From Saccharolobus solfataricus (GTDB lineage Archaea > Thermoproteota > Thermoprotei_A > Sulfolobales > Sulfolobaceae): a stretch of DNA of 32,000 nucleotides. A model generated the notes under the pieces. It was not told the DNA's origin, ran no database searches, and saw nothing but the letters and a program-made list of their open reading frames with translations. The stretch's first letter is position 1; the number at the start of each line of letters is the position of its first letter. The translations under genes and the position numbers were made by a program. Shown piece after piece: positions 31,318-32,000 of the stretch. Location of the stretch: contig NZ_LT549890.1 of the NCBI RefSeq assembly GCF_900079115.1, forward strand, positions 660,001-692,000, given 5' to 3'.

Positions 31318-32000
31318 ATGTGATGAGTATAGAATTCCATTAGTGCCAAGAGGTGCGGGGACTTCTACTATAGGGCAAGTCCTTCCTATTTACTCCTCAA
31401 TTATATTAGACATGAATGATATGAAGGAGGTTATAGAGATTGATGACAAATGGGTTAAGGTCACTCCCAGCGTGAAGATTTTAAGGACTTTAGATTACTT
31501 AAGGAGAAGGGGGAAGGAGTTAAGGGTTTACCCTAGTAGTTTTTACATCGCGACATTAGGGGGATACATAGCCGGAGGAGATGTTGGTATTGGATCCTTC
31601 CAGTACGGTTATCATTTCGATAATAACGGTATTAATTCCGTGAGAGTTTTAGGAGTCACCGGTAAGTATACTTTAAATGGAAAGGACACTTTAGCAGTGG
31701 CTCAAGCAGCAGGTACTACTGGAGTTATAACTGAGGCGGAATTGGCGATAATAGACTATGAAGACTGGAAAGATCAATTAATAAGGTTAAATGATTTAGA
31801 AGAGGTAGTGAAGATTTTAAAGAAGTTAGGAGAGTTTAGGAGTAAAATTAGGAGAATCACAGTAGAGGATTATGAGGCATTATCCTTAGTTGGGAAGGAT
31901 AGGTTAGATAAAGTAGGGAAGTGGAACGTTATAGTAGCGAGTACTTTAAGCTTCGGAGAGGAGGTTAATTTGAGGTTTTTAGATGAGTTAGCTTTCGCTG
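31310..32000 (+). pseudogene. 3' continuation of the interrupted FAD-linked oxidase gene (runs off the window)
   Basis: My translation: LKLCDEYRIPLVPRGAGTSTIGQVLP...IEIDDKWVKVTPSV..., the FAD-binding PCMH-domain signature. The frame is open to the window end. Confidence 0.75.

Overview
AT-rich crenarchaeal chromosome segment of the Sulfolobus/Saccharolobus type. From memory, the MCM N-terminus MEIPSKQIDYRDVF... and a 1439-bp IS point to an S. solfataricus-like genome; this was not checked against any database. A housekeeping core (about 7.8-24.4 kb) carries a dense DNA-replication cluster: RFC small and large subunits, Orc1/Cdc6, GINS23 and MCM. It also carries proteasome beta, MoaC, CDP-archaeol synthase, a RadA paralogue, a Clp1-like kinase and thymidylate kinase. 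The left flank has speE, L37e, an LSm protein, an FKBP isomerase, G1P dehydrogenase and aCPSF1. Five complete tRNA genes are present plus one cut by the window edge; three of the complete ones carry introns, one at a non-canonical position. The core is bracketed by two decayed SSV (fusellovirus)-type integration scars. One is an orphan Int(N) overlapping tRNA-Val at 6.3 kb. The other is an orphan Int(C) fused to a 44-nt tRNA-Arg-like att copy at 24.7 kb. The most interesting observation is that each scar carries one copy of a 72-nt GC-rich element on opposite strands (7231-7302 + and 25573-25644 -). Each reads as a complete archaeal C/D box guide RNA: C, D', C' and D boxes, 11-12-nt guides and its own TATA box. 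Both are closed by an unusual 11-bp stem that shows a double compensatory substitution between copies, while the guide sequences differ. This suggests a guide-RNA cassette carried by mobile elements. The right end is accessory DNA: a DUF457 hydrolase, an HTH_10 regulator, an APC permease, and an FAD-linked oxidase gene split by a 1439-bp IS with 17-bp inverted repeats and a 9-bp target duplication. An uncharacterised two-gene cassette (7792-8906) with a possible PD-(D/E)xK motif sits next to the left scar.
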